DNA from: a virus
Taxonomy: Duplodnaviria > Heunggongvirae > Uroviricota > Caudoviricetes
Length of the DNA stretch: 64,000 nucleotides
IMG/VR virus record: IMGVR_UViG_3300015177_000008
Coordinates: 47,519-111,518 of that record
Reading direction: 5' to 3' (one strand)
A program made the translations under genes and the position numbers. Shown here piece by piece: positions 28,845 through 38,178 of this stretch (its first letter is position 1; every line of letters starts with the position of its first letter). The notes below the pieces were generated by a model that was not told the origin of the DNA, made no database searches, and worked only from the letters and a program-made list of their open reading frames with translations.

Positions 28845-29020
28845 GCTGCCACCTCTTTGATTACATCAAATGCTGAATTAAATACGAGCACGATAGCCAA
28901 AGCGTTTATGACTACGTCGTTCACCGGGGAAAAGACTTTACGAATGACACCGGTGAAAATGCAGTCGATGACAAAAGCTATTGAAACGATGAGTAACAAG
29001 TATTCAATAAAAATCTTCAT
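28841..29020 (-). CDS. Small membrane protein (59 aa)
   Basis: ATGA overlap with the downstream gene; two hydrophobic segments; below track cut-off. Confidence 0.3.
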   Translation of the reverse strand: MKIFIEYLLLIVSIAFVIDCIFTGVIRKVFSPVNDVVINALAIVLVFNSAFDVIKEVAA

Positions 29021-29059
29021 GATAGGTAGATACTAACTTATATAAATTTTACTGTAAAC

Positions 29060-29335
29060 TCACTCAAAAGTGCTGATGCTTAAAATACGCTCAAGATGTG
29101 CGGCATCTTCATCACTGATTTGTTGAGTCTCTTCTACGTACCAACAGTTGCCGTTATGCCAACAAACACCATCATCATCAACCATCACTGAATCAGCGTC
29201 ATGACCTGTATATTCAACGAGAATACGCTGGATCAGCGCGTCAGTTTCTTCGTCGTTAAGGCCATCGGCTTTGACCATAAAAACCGGAAACACGTCATAG
29301 ACAGTGCTGGTAACGATTCGAACTAAAACTCTCAT
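29060..29335 (-). CDS. Hypothetical protein
   Basis: 91 aa; start context GGAAAAACACATG. Confidence 0.4.
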   Translation of the reverse strand: MRVLVRIVTSTVYDVFPVFMVKADGLNDEETDALIQRILVEYTGHDADSVMVDDDGVCWHNGNCWYVEETQQISDEDAAHLERILSISTFE

Positions 29336-29390
29336 GTGTTTTTCCTTTTGTGGTTAGTGTTTACTTATTTTGTTAGTTATGAATAGGCGA

Positions 29391-29816
29391 TCAATCTTCT
29401 TGTTTAGGGAAAAACTGTTCAATAACTCTGTCAACGGCTGTGTCTATATGGAGTAGATGCCACACAACCATATCTTTGCTTCCCATGCCTTGTGTGAATA
29501 TCACGTCATACTTACGCCATGCGCAGTGGAACCAATATGCTGAGTCATCAATTGGTAAATCCTCTCCCGCCTCTTTGAAGTATTTCAGCAGCATTGCCTG
29601 CTCTGCCGTTGGCGTTGGGCCTATTTCCTGAGCGTACATACGGATGAATCGCTGCCAGTCTGTCTCGTCGGGAGTTGGATCTGGTGGATTCATTTCGGCG
29701 ATAGCTTTTCGCAGCTGATGCGCCCAATCAGGTTCAGGAAAGCCTTTTGCTACTTCATCATCAATAACATCCAGAGCCACGTTTGCGGCATCGTAGAGTT
29801 TCTTAATAGCTGTCAT
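29391..29816 (-). CDS. Hypothetical protein
   Basis: 141 aa; class-1 palindrome and a terminator upstream. Confidence 0.45.
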   Translation of the reverse strand: MTAIKKLYDAANVALDVIDDEVAKGFPEPDWAHQLRKAIAEMNPPDPTPDETDWQRFIRMYAQEIGPTPTAEQAMLLKYFKEAGEDLPIDDSAYWFHCAWRKYDVIFTQGMGSKDMVVWHLLHIDTAVDRVIEQFFPKQED

Positions 29817-29832
29817 GTTTTCTTAACCCTTT

Positions 29833-29846
29833 AAACAAGTTGTTTT
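29833..29846. promoter_or_regulatory. Class-1 palindrome (putative operator)
   Basis: aaacaagttgtttt between the terminator and the 29391..29816 start. Confidence 0.45.
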
Positions 29847-29864
29847 CTTAATAGGATAATTGCG

Positions 29865-29890
29865 ATAAAAAAGGCGTCCAACTGGACGCC
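29865..29890 (-). terminator. Rho-independent terminator
   Basis: Minus-strand GGCGTCCAGTTGGACGCC followed by TTTTTTAT, downstream of the SPFH gene. Confidence 0.6.
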
Positions 29891-29907
29891 TGAACTTTTA
29901 AGGGGAG

Positions 29908-30738
29908 TTATTTCACTGTAATGAAAGGAGTGTTAGCCCCTTGAGTCATGTACTGCGGTAACTGGCCATTCCATTTATTGATGGCTTCCAGCTCCATAAC
30001 GTTCGGGTTTTGACGCAGAGCTTCACCGCGCAGACGAATGGCGTCTGCTTCTGCTTGCGCACGAGCACGGATAGCATCAGCTTCACCATTAGCCTGTTCA
30101 CGCAGCATATTCGCCTCAGCTTTACGTTGTTCAACTTCCTGCTGACGTTGCAGAGTACGCTGGTTAGCCGTTACTTTGGCGTTAATAGATTCAATGACGG
30201 TTTTTGGGTAATCAGGCTTTCCAACCCATGACAAGCTCAGTACCTCAATACCAACCGGAGACATCTCTTTCTGAATATCTTTCAGTGCGTTGTCCAGCAA
30301 TTGTGCCTTACCACCGTCGATAAATGAGTCAGTGGTCATACGGCTGGCCAAACGGTTTAGAGAGTCGGCAATTTTCTGACGCAGATCTGATTCGGTGATA
30401 TCGTCTACGCCTTTGCGATAGGTCTGGAACACCGTCGTTACCTTGTCACGATTAACCAGATACGCAACGCCAATTTTGTGACCAATAGCAGTACCGTCAC
30501 TCATCTGGAATGTGAACGGCTCGTCGTAGGTCTTCATTTGTTTGAAGGTCGGGAATACGTAAAGTTCGGTGTTAAGACCTGTCCATTGGCGACCAACGCC
30601 AACCACTTCACCAATCCCTTTGTCTTCACCTAATTTGTTTACTTTGATGCCAACGTATCCAGACTCCACGCGATCGCAGCCAGTAAGACCCATTGTGCAA
30701 ATAGCCGCCAGAGCAACTGCAAGTAAACCTTTCTTCAT
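29908..30738 (-). CDS. SPFH/band-7 (stomatin-prohibitin-like) lipoprotein
   Basis: Lipobox LTGC after a signal peptide; SPFH-like core and Ala/Glu/Arg-rich coiled-coil C-terminus. Confidence 0.6.
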   Translation of the reverse strand: MKKGLLAVALAAICTMGLTGCDRVESGYVGIKVNKLGEDKGIGEVVGVGRQWTGLNTELYVFPTFKQMKTYDEPFTFQMSDGTAIGHKIGVAYLVNRDKVTTVFQTYRKGVDDITESDLRQKIADSLNRLASRMTTDSFIDGGKAQLLDNALKDIQKEMSPVGIEVLSLSWVGKPDYPKTVIESINAKVTANQRTLQRQQEVEQRKAEANMLREQANGEADAIRARAQAEADAIRLRGEALRQNPNVMELEAINKWNGQLPQYMTQGANTPFITVK

Positions 30739-30741
30739 TAC

Positions 30742-30942
30742 TTATTTCCCCTTTGCTTTGATTAATGAGTTGATAAACTTACGACCAGCAATAAGACCGA
30801 TTACAGGAGCACCAAAACCAACGATAACTCCAAACATGACGGCTAAATCACTCTTGGTAGAAATCAGCGACGGAACCAGTAATCCGTAGATGAGAGCCAC
30901 TGAAAGGCCTGTGGCTACTGCCAATAGATAGATTTTGATCAT
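30742..30942 (-). CDS. Small two-TM membrane protein
   Basis: 66 aa hydrophobic ORF immediately upstream of the SPFH gene in the same operon. Confidence 0.4.
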   Translation of the reverse strand: MIKIYLLAVATGLSVALIYGLLVPSLISTKSDLAVMFGVIVGFGAPVIGLIAGRKFINSLIKAKGK

Positions 30943-30973
30943 GTGTTTTCCTATGTGGTTGTTATGTGAAAAT

Positions 30974-30990
30974 GATAAGTAAGTACTTAT
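30974..30990. promoter_or_regulatory. Class-2 AT-rich palindrome
   Basis: gataagtaagtacttat upstream of the 30742..30942 start. Confidence 0.35.
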
Positions 30991-31034
30991 ATATTTTCAA
31001 GAAATAAAAAAGGCGTCCTGTGGACGCCTTGTGT

Positions 31035-33374
31035 TTACTCTTCTACTGACTCGGTGGGATTGTCTTTTGATCTCCGGTCGTCGATTGCCTGTAAAGCCGC
31101 AATGATTTCAGCTAGTGGCTTCTCCCGATACATCTCGACGATCTGTGATTTGGTGTATTTCTTGTCACCAATTTCTACTCGACCGCTGGCGTTCTTTGGC
31201 AGGTATCCTTCTTCCAGCATGTACTCGACGAGCGACTCGATAACGTCGAGGCCACGAGTAGGATCGAAGTAGAATTTCCAGGTGCATTTGCCATACGGTG
31301 GTGCAACTTTGTTTTTGATGCACTCTGCGCCTACGTCCTGACCGATCTTCTCTTTCCCATCCTTCATCACCGATGCACCGAGACGGATGCGCACAGAAGC
31401 GTAAAACTTCGGTGAATCGCCGCCTGGAGACGTAGTAGGGTCGCCAAACATTACACCGATTTTTGTGCGAACCTGATTCAAGAAGATGATGCAGGCGTTG
31501 TATTTGCGTGCCCACAAAGCCAGAGTGGGGAAGTTCGCACTCGTCGCACGAGCCAGCGCCGTATTGTCGTTCATGTTTAGCTGATCTTTGTCTTTGGCAG
31601 TGCCTTCAGCCATCTTTTCGAACTTCTCGGCTTTGGAGTTCGGAACCATAGACGCAAGTGAGTCAGCCACGATACAGATAGGTGCTGATTCAGGAATAAG
31701 CTCTTCATCACGTACCAATTTAAGAATTGTGCCGATCAACTCTACAGAGTCTTCGAAGGTATCAGGCTGCTTGTATACCCACTGACCGTCATCCTCATCT
31801 GCATTCAAACCATTGGCTACAGCCAGGCCAACGTCAAAACTGTTTTCATGATCGAGGAATACCGCCAGACCATCTTGTTTTTGAGCGGAGATCATCGCTG
31901 CTGTTGCAAGGAATGTGTTGTGGCTGATAATCCCGTTAGACCAGAAAGAGTGTGTTTCCGGCATCGCTACGTCGAACGTTGGTGCTTCACCTTCCTCAAT
32001 AGCCACGACTTCGTCGTAGAACAAGTTAGAGCCAATTACCGCTGCCAGTTGTGCAAACAGATGCTCGTTAAAACGATTCTTTCTGCCAATGAAGGAGACA
32101 TAGATTTCTCGCAGTTTGTCTATTCCGACACGATCGCCGCGGCCAATAACGTGGTCTACCAGAGCGTAGTCTTCACGGGTGGTCTTGGTGAGCGACTCGT
32201 AGAGTGATTTCACTAAGCCGCTGATGTGCGGAACATAGCCTGAGTAAGTGCGGTCAAAACCAATGTCCCGTTTGGTTGCCACTGATAAACGTGCCGGAGA
32301 TTCGAAACCAATCGTTGACAGAAAAAGGTCGTAATTAGAGCCACTGAATGACAGCCGGTAATATGTATTTTCATAACCCGCGACGTGTTTTTCAGAGATA
32401 GTTGACGTAATCCCCAGATTCAGGAGCATGAGGCGAATTTGCTGTAGCAGCAGCCCACTCGCGCTCACAACCTCAATGCAGCGACCATCATTGACGTGGC
32501 ATTCCAGCTCAAAGTAGCCGCGAAGGAATGCAATTTGAGCCTCGCTATTGGCGCGACGCACACTCAACGGAACCTGCTTGCCAGCAGCTTTCTCATACTC
32601 CAGACCATATTCTTTAAAAAGCAGCGAACGCACCTCTTTGCTAAACAGCACATGGTCTTCCGAGCCGTTATGTTTTCTCGTAACTGGCATCTTGTCTGAT
32701 ACCAGCGAAATGAGGCGGTAGTACTCATCCTTGATGAAAGGATCTGTGTTAGAAAAATTCACTGAATTTTCAGAGGCCACGTATCCGTCAGCAATTAAAT
32801 AGCCCATCAGTTTTGCGATATTGGCATCCAGGTGCTGATCGCCGAATTGATGTGTGCCAACCATTGAAGGAATCGTGTCGCCTACACTGATTTTTTCAGC
32901 ATGTCGCCAGACGACATTACCTAAGTCGTCAACCACACGGATTGGGTGACGGAACGTAGCCTCGATATAACCGCCTGATGCCAGCTTAATACGCTTGAAT
33001 TTGCGACGGTTGTTCCATGTCAGGTGTGAGGTCTTCTCTATCACGCCATTTTCATTGATGAGTCCAACGTTATGCTCTACATCGCGAGTAGTGCATGTCG
33101 CTTTGTACCCTTCAATCTCAAACAACTCTTTCACTGTTACCATTCCACGCTCCGTCAGCAGCATGGTGTCTGCGGTAACACATTTCCCCGCACTTGGAGG
33201 ACCGAATACTTCGACGATACGACCACATGGGAAGCCGCCATCGTAACGACCAGAAATAGCTTTGTTTAACGGTGGAAAGCCTGTATCAATCCAATGAGTT
33301 ACTTTCTGAATTTCGTCGTTGCTACCGATTTTCTTTTTCAGAGCAAGTGCCAGTGCGGATTTTCCTTTTGCCAT
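31035..33374 (-). CDS. recA: RecA-family recombinase interrupted by an intein
   Basis: Exteins GRIVEVFGPPSAGK...TFLATAAM and FLNQVRTKIGVMFGDPTTSPGGDSPKFYASVRIRLGA resemble RecA; a 422-aa insertion splits the Walker A motif. Confidence 0.8.
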   Translation of the reverse strand: MAKGKSALALALKKKIGSNDEIQKVTHWIDTGFPPLNKAISGRYDGGFPCGRIVEVFGPPSAGKCVTADTMLLTERGMVTVKELFEIEGYKATCTTRDVEHNVGLINENGVIEKTSHLTWNNRRKFKRIKLASGGYIEATFRHPIRVVDDLGNVVWRHAEKISVGDTIPSMVGTHQFGDQHLDANIAKLMGYLIADGYVASENSVNFSNTDPFIKDEYYRLISLVSDKMPVTRKHNGSEDHVLFSKEVRSLLFKEYGLEYEKAAGKQVPLSVRRANSEAQIAFLRGYFELECHVNDGRCIEVVSASGLLLQQIRLMLLNLGITSTISEKHVAGYENTYYRLSFSGSNYDLFLSTIGFESPARLSVATKRDIGFDRTYSGYVPHISGLVKSLYESLTKTTREDYALVDHVIGRGDRVGIDKLREIYVSFIGRKNRFNEHLFAQLAAVIGSNLFYDEVVAIEEGEAPTFDVAMPETHSFWSNGIISHNTFLATAAMISAQKQDGLAVFLDHENSFDVGLAVANGLNADEDDGQWVYKQPDTFEDSVELIGTILKLVRDEELIPESAPICIVADSLASMVPNSKAEKFEKMAEGTAKDKDQLNMNDNTALARATSANFPTLALWARKYNACIIFLNQVRTKIGVMFGDPTTSPGGDSPKFYASVRIRLGASVMKDGKEKIGQDVGAECIKNKVAPPYGKCTWKFYFDPTRGLDVIESLVEYMLEEGYLPKNASGRVEIGDKKYTKSQIVEMYREKPLAEIIAALQAIDDRRSKDNPTESVEE
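31917..33182 (-). mobile_element. Intein with LAGLIDADG homing-endonuclease domain inside recA
   Basis: Starts with Cys directly after GPPSAGK, ends ...SHN followed by Thr; LAGLIDADG-type blocks LMGYLIADGYV and LRGYFELECHV. Confidence 0.7.
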
Positions 33375-33376
33375 GA

Positions 33377-33649
33377 TCAGGCTCCTTTTGTTTCGTTGAT
33401 TCGTTTTAAAGCGGCGGATTCATCGAATACAATCGCATCGTGGTTAAGGAGTCTGGATACACGAGCGAGGATTTTTACGACTTGCTCGCTGACTAATCCA
33501 AACTCGCGATCTGTCGCTTTCATTCCGACAGCGCCCAGAATTGACGGCAGTGCGATGACAGCGTACTCACCGTGATAAAAGACAATCTCTTTTGCCAGTT
33601 GGGCAGGGGTGGTTGTAGCGCCATTGATAATCGATTTAAGCATTAGCAA
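33377..33649 (-). CDS. Hypothetical protein
   Basis: 90 aa ORF; overlaps neighbours by a few nt. Confidence 0.4.
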   Translation of the reverse strand: MLMLKSIINGATTTPAQLAKEIVFYHGEYAVIALPSILGAVGMKATDREFGLVSEQVVKILARVSRLLNHDAIVFDESAALKRINETKGA

Positions 33650-34638
33650 TACCTTTCGAATGGAAGAACAAACACTTCAAGGTCTTCAAGGAACGAACGG
33701 AAATTCAGCTCGTAGCACAGTTGCTCGAATGCTTTCACGTCACGATTGCCTTTGATTGTTTCGATTTCGGTAGGCGGAAACTTCGTCTCAATCAGGTTCA
33801 TTAGCGTGATGTTTCTCTTGAACGCTTCGAGCATTCGACAGCCTGTTTTCTCGTTGAAGGCATTCTTCGCTAGTTTGTTGAAGGCGGTCTTATGACGCCC
33901 TTTATTAACCACGATTGAGCCGTCGTTGATGCCGCGTACCATCGTTGCGACACTTCCCCATTCATGCAGCAGCTCTTTCGCACCGCCAGCACCAATGCCA
34001 CCAACACCGCTAATGTTGTCCGAGTTATCGCCTTGTAATGCTTTTGCTTCCAAAAATGCGCGAGGCGTGGCGAATCCTGTCAGCTCCGCAAATTGCTCAA
34101 AATTAACCTGCTTGTTTTTGGCGTCTTCACGCAGGCTTACCCAGCTTACGTTTTCACGAACTAACTGAAGCCAGTCGCTATCGCCTGTTAACAGATAGAT
34201 GTGTTCAACGGTTGGCTGCGGTGCCATGCGGGATACCAGCAGCCCGGCCAGATCATCCGCTTCTGCATCTTTTGCAATGAGTTGGGTAACTCCAAGCGCG
34301 GTCATCATTTTGAGGATGTATGGCTTCTGGATAGCAAAGCCTTCCTTCATCTTTTTCATATCAGGATCGCCGTCGCGATTTGCTTTGTAGTCCGGGTAAA
34401 AGTCGCGACGCTTGTCACTAAATCCATCCCAAAGAATCATAGGTCGGGCATGGAGGATGGAGGCATAACGACGGACGTTCTTAACAAAGCCGAAAGCAGC
34501 CTGTACTTCCATTTCGCCGTTGTGCAATTTGTCAGATTGTTGATGGTAATAACCCAGGCTATTGCCATCTACGAAGAGATAATTCACCGGTACATTCCTT
34601 CCAAAAAGTAAGGCGTCCGTAGACGCCTTACTGGTCAC
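33643..34638 (-). CDS. 5'-3' exonuclease / flap endonuclease
   Basis: FEN-type motifs VDGNSL, EADDLAG, GDSDWLQL and a helix-hairpin-helix-like GVGGIGAGGA. Confidence 0.8.
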   Translation of the reverse strand: MTSKASTDALLFGRNVPVNYLFVDGNSLGYYHQQSDKLHNGEMEVQAAFGFVKNVRRYASILHARPMILWDGFSDKRRDFYPDYKANRDGDPDMKKMKEGFAIQKPYILKMMTALGVTQLIAKDAEADDLAGLLVSRMAPQPTVEHIYLLTGDSDWLQLVRENVSWVSLREDAKNKQVNFEQFAELTGFATPRAFLEAKALQGDNSDNISGVGGIGAGGAKELLHEWGSVATMVRGINDGSIVVNKGRHKTAFNKLAKNAFNEKTGCRMLEAFKRNITLMNLIETKFPPTEIETIKGNRDVKAFEQLCYELNFRSFLEDLEVFVLPFERYC

Positions 34639-34647
34639 GTAATGGGA

Positions 34648-35676
34648 TTACAGAGAGTCCAGCTCTCTCAGTAGGTCATCCAGACCTTCATCTTCCGTCG
34701 CAGATGCGGTTGCTACAGATGTCGCTGCGACTGCTTCAGACTCTTTGACTGATACGGCAACGGCAGCGGAACTTGCCTCTGGTTTAAATTCAGTTTCAAC
34801 GGCACGGAGGATTTCTTCATCAACCAGACTGGTTGGTTCAGAAGCCGGTGTGTGCGCGGTTGCTACAGCCGTCGCTCCTTCTGTATGACCAGTGACAGAG
34901 CCAAATCCAGGTAGTGCCGCAGCCGATGTTTTCGCGGTTGAGGAAATTGCTGGTGCAGATGCTGCGGCAGTTGGTGCAGCGATGCCAATCAGACGACCCA
35001 TAGTGCGAACTGTCGACAGAAGACGAGTTTCATCAGCCTGATTTGCGTATGCGATCAGATCATGCTGGGTGTTCCAGAATTTATCTTCGATATCGCCTTT
35101 GTAGACTTTACGCTTAGGCGAGACGTCATATTTGGTATCGCGACCAGAGCCAGTACGTTTAATCAGGAATGCGTAGCCTTCCTCTTTGCTCAGTGGATTG
35201 CCGATATCATCAGCGATGTCTTCGGTGATTGCTTTGCAGATATCATCGAATACAGTAGACGGCAGCTCGATTAACTGGCATTTCTCAGCATCTGCGAAAT
35301 CCTCACGAGCAGAAAGAATGCCGTTGACCAGGTAGCGAGGAGTGGCACGCATTTGACCGATGCGTTCTTCCATTGCTTTGTTACCCTTGTGACGAGCGCG
35401 ACCTTCCATAACCATTTCGCATAGCTGACAAGCGCGACCGTGAGTATGTTGCTCACAAATATAAGCGTTGGTTGCTTCTTTACCTTCCTCGTTCTGATAC
35501 TTAACGTAGTGCATACCGAAAGTCTGGAAGAACTTACCGTTTGGGTCGTCTTTATTCGGGAAGATGCGGATATAGTTGACGCCGTCTTTTAAGCGAGTCA
35601 GATCAACGTTGTTGCCACGTTTGGCGGCAATGTCTTCACGAGTTTTGTTAAGCAAATCAAGTAATGTCTTAGACAT
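34648..35676 (-). CDS. Single-stranded DNA-binding protein-like (putative)
   Basis: Cys/His cluster (CEQHTHGRACQLCE), Ala/Ser/Thr-rich linker and acidic C-terminal tail DEGLDDLLRELDSL. Confidence 0.4.
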   Translation of the reverse strand: MSKTLLDLLNKTREDIAAKRGNNVDLTRLKDGVNYIRIFPNKDDPNGKFFQTFGMHYVKYQNEEGKEATNAYICEQHTHGRACQLCEMVMEGRARHKGNKAMEERIGQMRATPRYLVNGILSAREDFADAEKCQLIELPSTVFDDICKAITEDIADDIGNPLSKEEGYAFLIKRTGSGRDTKYDVSPKRKVYKGDIEDKFWNTQHDLIAYANQADETRLLSTVRTMGRLIGIAAPTAAASAPAISSTAKTSAAALPGFGSVTGHTEGATAVATAHTPASEPTSLVDEEILRAVETEFKPEASSAAVAVSVKESEAVAATSVATASATEDEGLDDLLRELDSL

Positions 35677-35759
35677 GTGTTTCTCCTTGTTGTGATTTGG
35701 CCGATGGCGCTATGCGCGTTGGGCTTTCGTTCATTCGTGGCTCTTTCGAGCTGTTAAAT

Positions 35760-35788
35760 GATAGATCAGTACTTACTTATTATCTATC
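35760..35788. promoter_or_regulatory. Class-2 AT-rich palindrome
   Basis: gatagatcagtacttacttattatctatc upstream of the SSB-like gene. Confidence 0.35.
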
Positions 35789-35793
35789 AAAAA

Positions 35794-36225
35794 TCAACGG
35801 GGAGTAATAAAGCGTTCAGAGCCTAATCGCTCTAATTCAACGATGGCCATCTTTGACGCCTGAACGATCATGTCTCGGCGATGCGAAAAGGCGGCGACAG
35901 CATGTTTGTATATGTCTGCGATGTGCCGTGCTTCATCCAACTTCTGCCGTTTAGACAGATACTGTGGGTTTGTTTTAACCTTAGCGTCCAGTACAGACTC
36001 GTTGAACTTAATGCCGTTCATACTCAAGTTCTTACGCTCTGTGTCGTATAGCTTTGCTTCAACAGCTTCAAGGTTAAGTTTTGCCTCTGCGACATCTCGA
36101 TCTGCCTGCGCTAGTTTTGACCCATACTCCATTAAAAGCCGTGGCTGTTTACGCCATACTTCCTCAAGGTTGTCGCGGTCGAACTCCAGATCGGCCATGA
36201 TTTTAGAAAAAATATCAGTGTTCAC
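35794..36225 (-). CDS. Hypothetical protein
   Basis: 143 aa ORF. Confidence 0.4.
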   Translation of the reverse strand: MNTDIFSKIMADLEFDRDNLEEVWRKQPRLLMEYGSKLAQADRDVAEAKLNLEAVEAKLYDTERKNLSMNGIKFNESVLDAKVKTNPQYLSKRQKLDEARHIADIYKHAVAAFSHRRDMIVQASKMAIVELERLGSERFITPR

Positions 36226-36433
36226 TCTAATAGGTTCCTACTTATAAAATCTGTATCAATTATATCAAACAGAGAACGGGTTTATGGCGTCATGTCAACT
36301 TTGTTCAGGGGAAAATATTGAGATCACCGAAGATAATTAGTTGTCTTATTTTGGTAAGCTGTGCTGACCATCTTTAGGTCACATACATGAGATGGATGGG
36401 GGTGTGGCATGAACGGATGAAATTCAGTCGCCG

Positions 36434-36462
36434 TTGACAGATGTCAACACTGTGAATAGAAT
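36434..36462 (+). promoter_or_regulatory. Sigma70-like promoter with palindrome over the -35
   Basis: TTGACA - 17 nt - TAGAAT; the -35 sits inside the palindrome ttgacagatgtcaa; GGAGG and ATG follow at 36480. Confidence 0.5.
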
Positions 36463-36479
36463 ACTATTATCGGAGGCGA

Positions 36480-36704
36480 ATGAAGCAACATCCGAATAAG
36501 CATATTCAAGCAGCCATTGACTATGCATTAAGTAAAGGCTGGATCTGGGTAGCAGCTGGTGGTGCTGCACATTGTTTTTGCAGACTGCGATGCGGTAATC
36601 CAGAAGGTGAACACAAAACTCACCAAATGAGCGTATGGTCGACTCCGGGTAATCCCGAAAACCATGCCAAACAGATCAAACGAATGGTTGATCGTTGTAA
36701 ATGA
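36480..36704 (+). CDS. Small basic protein, possible HicA-like toxin
   Basis: 74 aa; KGW...AH...HKTH pattern loosely like HicA; first gene of a two-gene plus-strand insert. Confidence 0.3.
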   Translation: MKQHPNKHIQAAIDYALSKGWIWVAAGGAAHCFCRLRCGNPEGEHKTHQMSVWSTPGNPENHAKQIKRMVDRCK

Positions 36705-36764
36705 TTTCAAGGCGGCATTAGCCGCCTTTTGCAGAAACTGTCCAACTATCTTCAAAGGAAAACT

Positions 36765-37328
36765 ATGGCGCTTTATAACTTCACTCTGACGCTCTCAGGC
36801 GTATCGTATGAGACGGAAGGACTGGAAGACGCGCTGTACCAAAACGGCTGTGACGATGCGCTAATTTGCGCATATGGAAACTCCGTCTATGTAGAATTTG
36901 ACCGCGAAGCACAATCACTTGATGCAGCTATCGCATCTGCGGTCGACAATATTGAATCAGCCGGTATCGGTGCAATTGTTGAATCCGTCGACTCGGCTCT
37001 TGTGGGCTTAAGCGATATCGCGGAACTGACAGACCTGTCTCGCCAGGCAGTGGCGTTGCTCAAAGACGGTAAGCGCGGAAGCGGCGACTTCCCTTGCCCT
37101 GTACAACGCATAAAAGGCCAGTCTCCTCTCTGGGATTGGGCTGATGTGGCTGAATGGCTCATGAATAACGGACGACTTAAAGAGGGCGATCAAATTGTCC
37201 AAAATGCCCGAACTTTGAGTAAATGGAATCTGGCGCTTCGAAACAGCGTCTCGAAAGATTTCAACGAAATAGAGCAAATTGCGGAGAAACTGATTAAACG
37301 CCGCAAAGATATTGCGAAATGCGCATAA
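36765..37328 (+). CDS. HTH-containing protein, possible HicB-like antitoxin
   Basis: ATG at 36765 after AAGGAAAA; helix-turn-helix LSDIAELTDLSRQAVALLKDGKRG; terminator-like hairpin atgcccgccaattggcgggcat follows. Confidence 0.35.
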   Translation: MALYNFTLTLSGVSYETEGLEDALYQNGCDDALICAYGNSVYVEFDREAQSLDAAIASAVDNIESAGIGAIVESVDSALVGLSDIAELTDLSRQAVALLKDGKRGSGDFPCPVQRIKGQSPLWDWADVAEWLMNNGRLKEGDQIVQNARTLSKWNLALRNSVSKDFNEIEQIAEKLIKRRKDIAKCA

Positions 37329-37657
37329 TGATGCCCGCCAATTGGCGGGCATCTGTTCTCTGTAAAGGTGTCTGGCATCGTCTGGTTCGTTAACGTTTAC
37401 TAAACCAATGGTGACAAAAATTAGTTATCTTTGAAAAATAAAGGTTGCATGAAAAGAAGGGGTATGCGTTAATAGCATCGTTGGTTTGCAAGACAGACCT
37501 TATGTAAGCAGTTTTAGTAAAGCAGTCTCAGTTCAGTGTTATCTTCTGATTTCCCTTCTTCGTGAGTCTCCTCCTTAAGTGCCTAAGTAAGTCCCAATCT
37601 ATACAGATCAAATTCTCGCCGCACTATGTGGCTCACAAAATTAAGAAGGTAATATCT

Positions 37658-37873
37658 ATGTCTAATAAAATGACTGGTTTAGTAAAATGGTTTAACTCTG
37701 ATAAAGGCTTTGGCTTTATTTCTCCTGCTGATGGCAGTAAAGATGTTTTTGTACATTTTTCGGCAATTCAGAGTAATAATTTCCGCACTTTGGAAGAAGG
37801 CCAGCAGGTCGAATTCTCTATCGAGAATGGGGCTAAAGGCCCAGCAGCAGCAAATGTCGTTGCTCTAAGCTGA
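37658..37873 (+). CDS. Cold-shock protein, CspA family
   Basis: [38 protein letters not shown]... (RNP1/RNP2 motifs); long 5' leader of about 160 nt; track ORF starts upstream. Confidence 0.85.
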   Translation: MSNKMTGLVKWFNSDKGFGFISPADGSKDVFVHFSAIQSNNFRTLEEGQQVEFSIENGAKGPAAANVVALS

Positions 37874-38151
37874 TTCAACGCTGATGATCCTCATTTCTAC
37901 AATAACGAAGACGGTGTAAGCCTGAGTGGATAGATTTGTAGGATTGTACAAGTTGAATAAATTAGCATGGTAAGGCCATGCTAATTAAATCGACACAACG
38001 GCCAGTTTATTCCATAAAAGTGAATTGCCCATTGTGGCGAAATGCGGGGTTGCCGCATGAATAGTCAAAGGCAGAAGCTAACTGCCGGCATGGCAAAACA
38101 AAGTGCGTAAGAGGAGTGACTTCCTCAACAAGCGCCATAATTCTTTATAAA

Positions 38152-38178
38152 CCCGCCAACAGGCGGGTTTTCTTTATT
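38152..38178 (+). terminator. Rho-independent terminator
   Basis: cccgcc aaca ggcggg followed by ttttctttatt; abuts the dnaE stop on the other strand. Confidence 0.5.
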
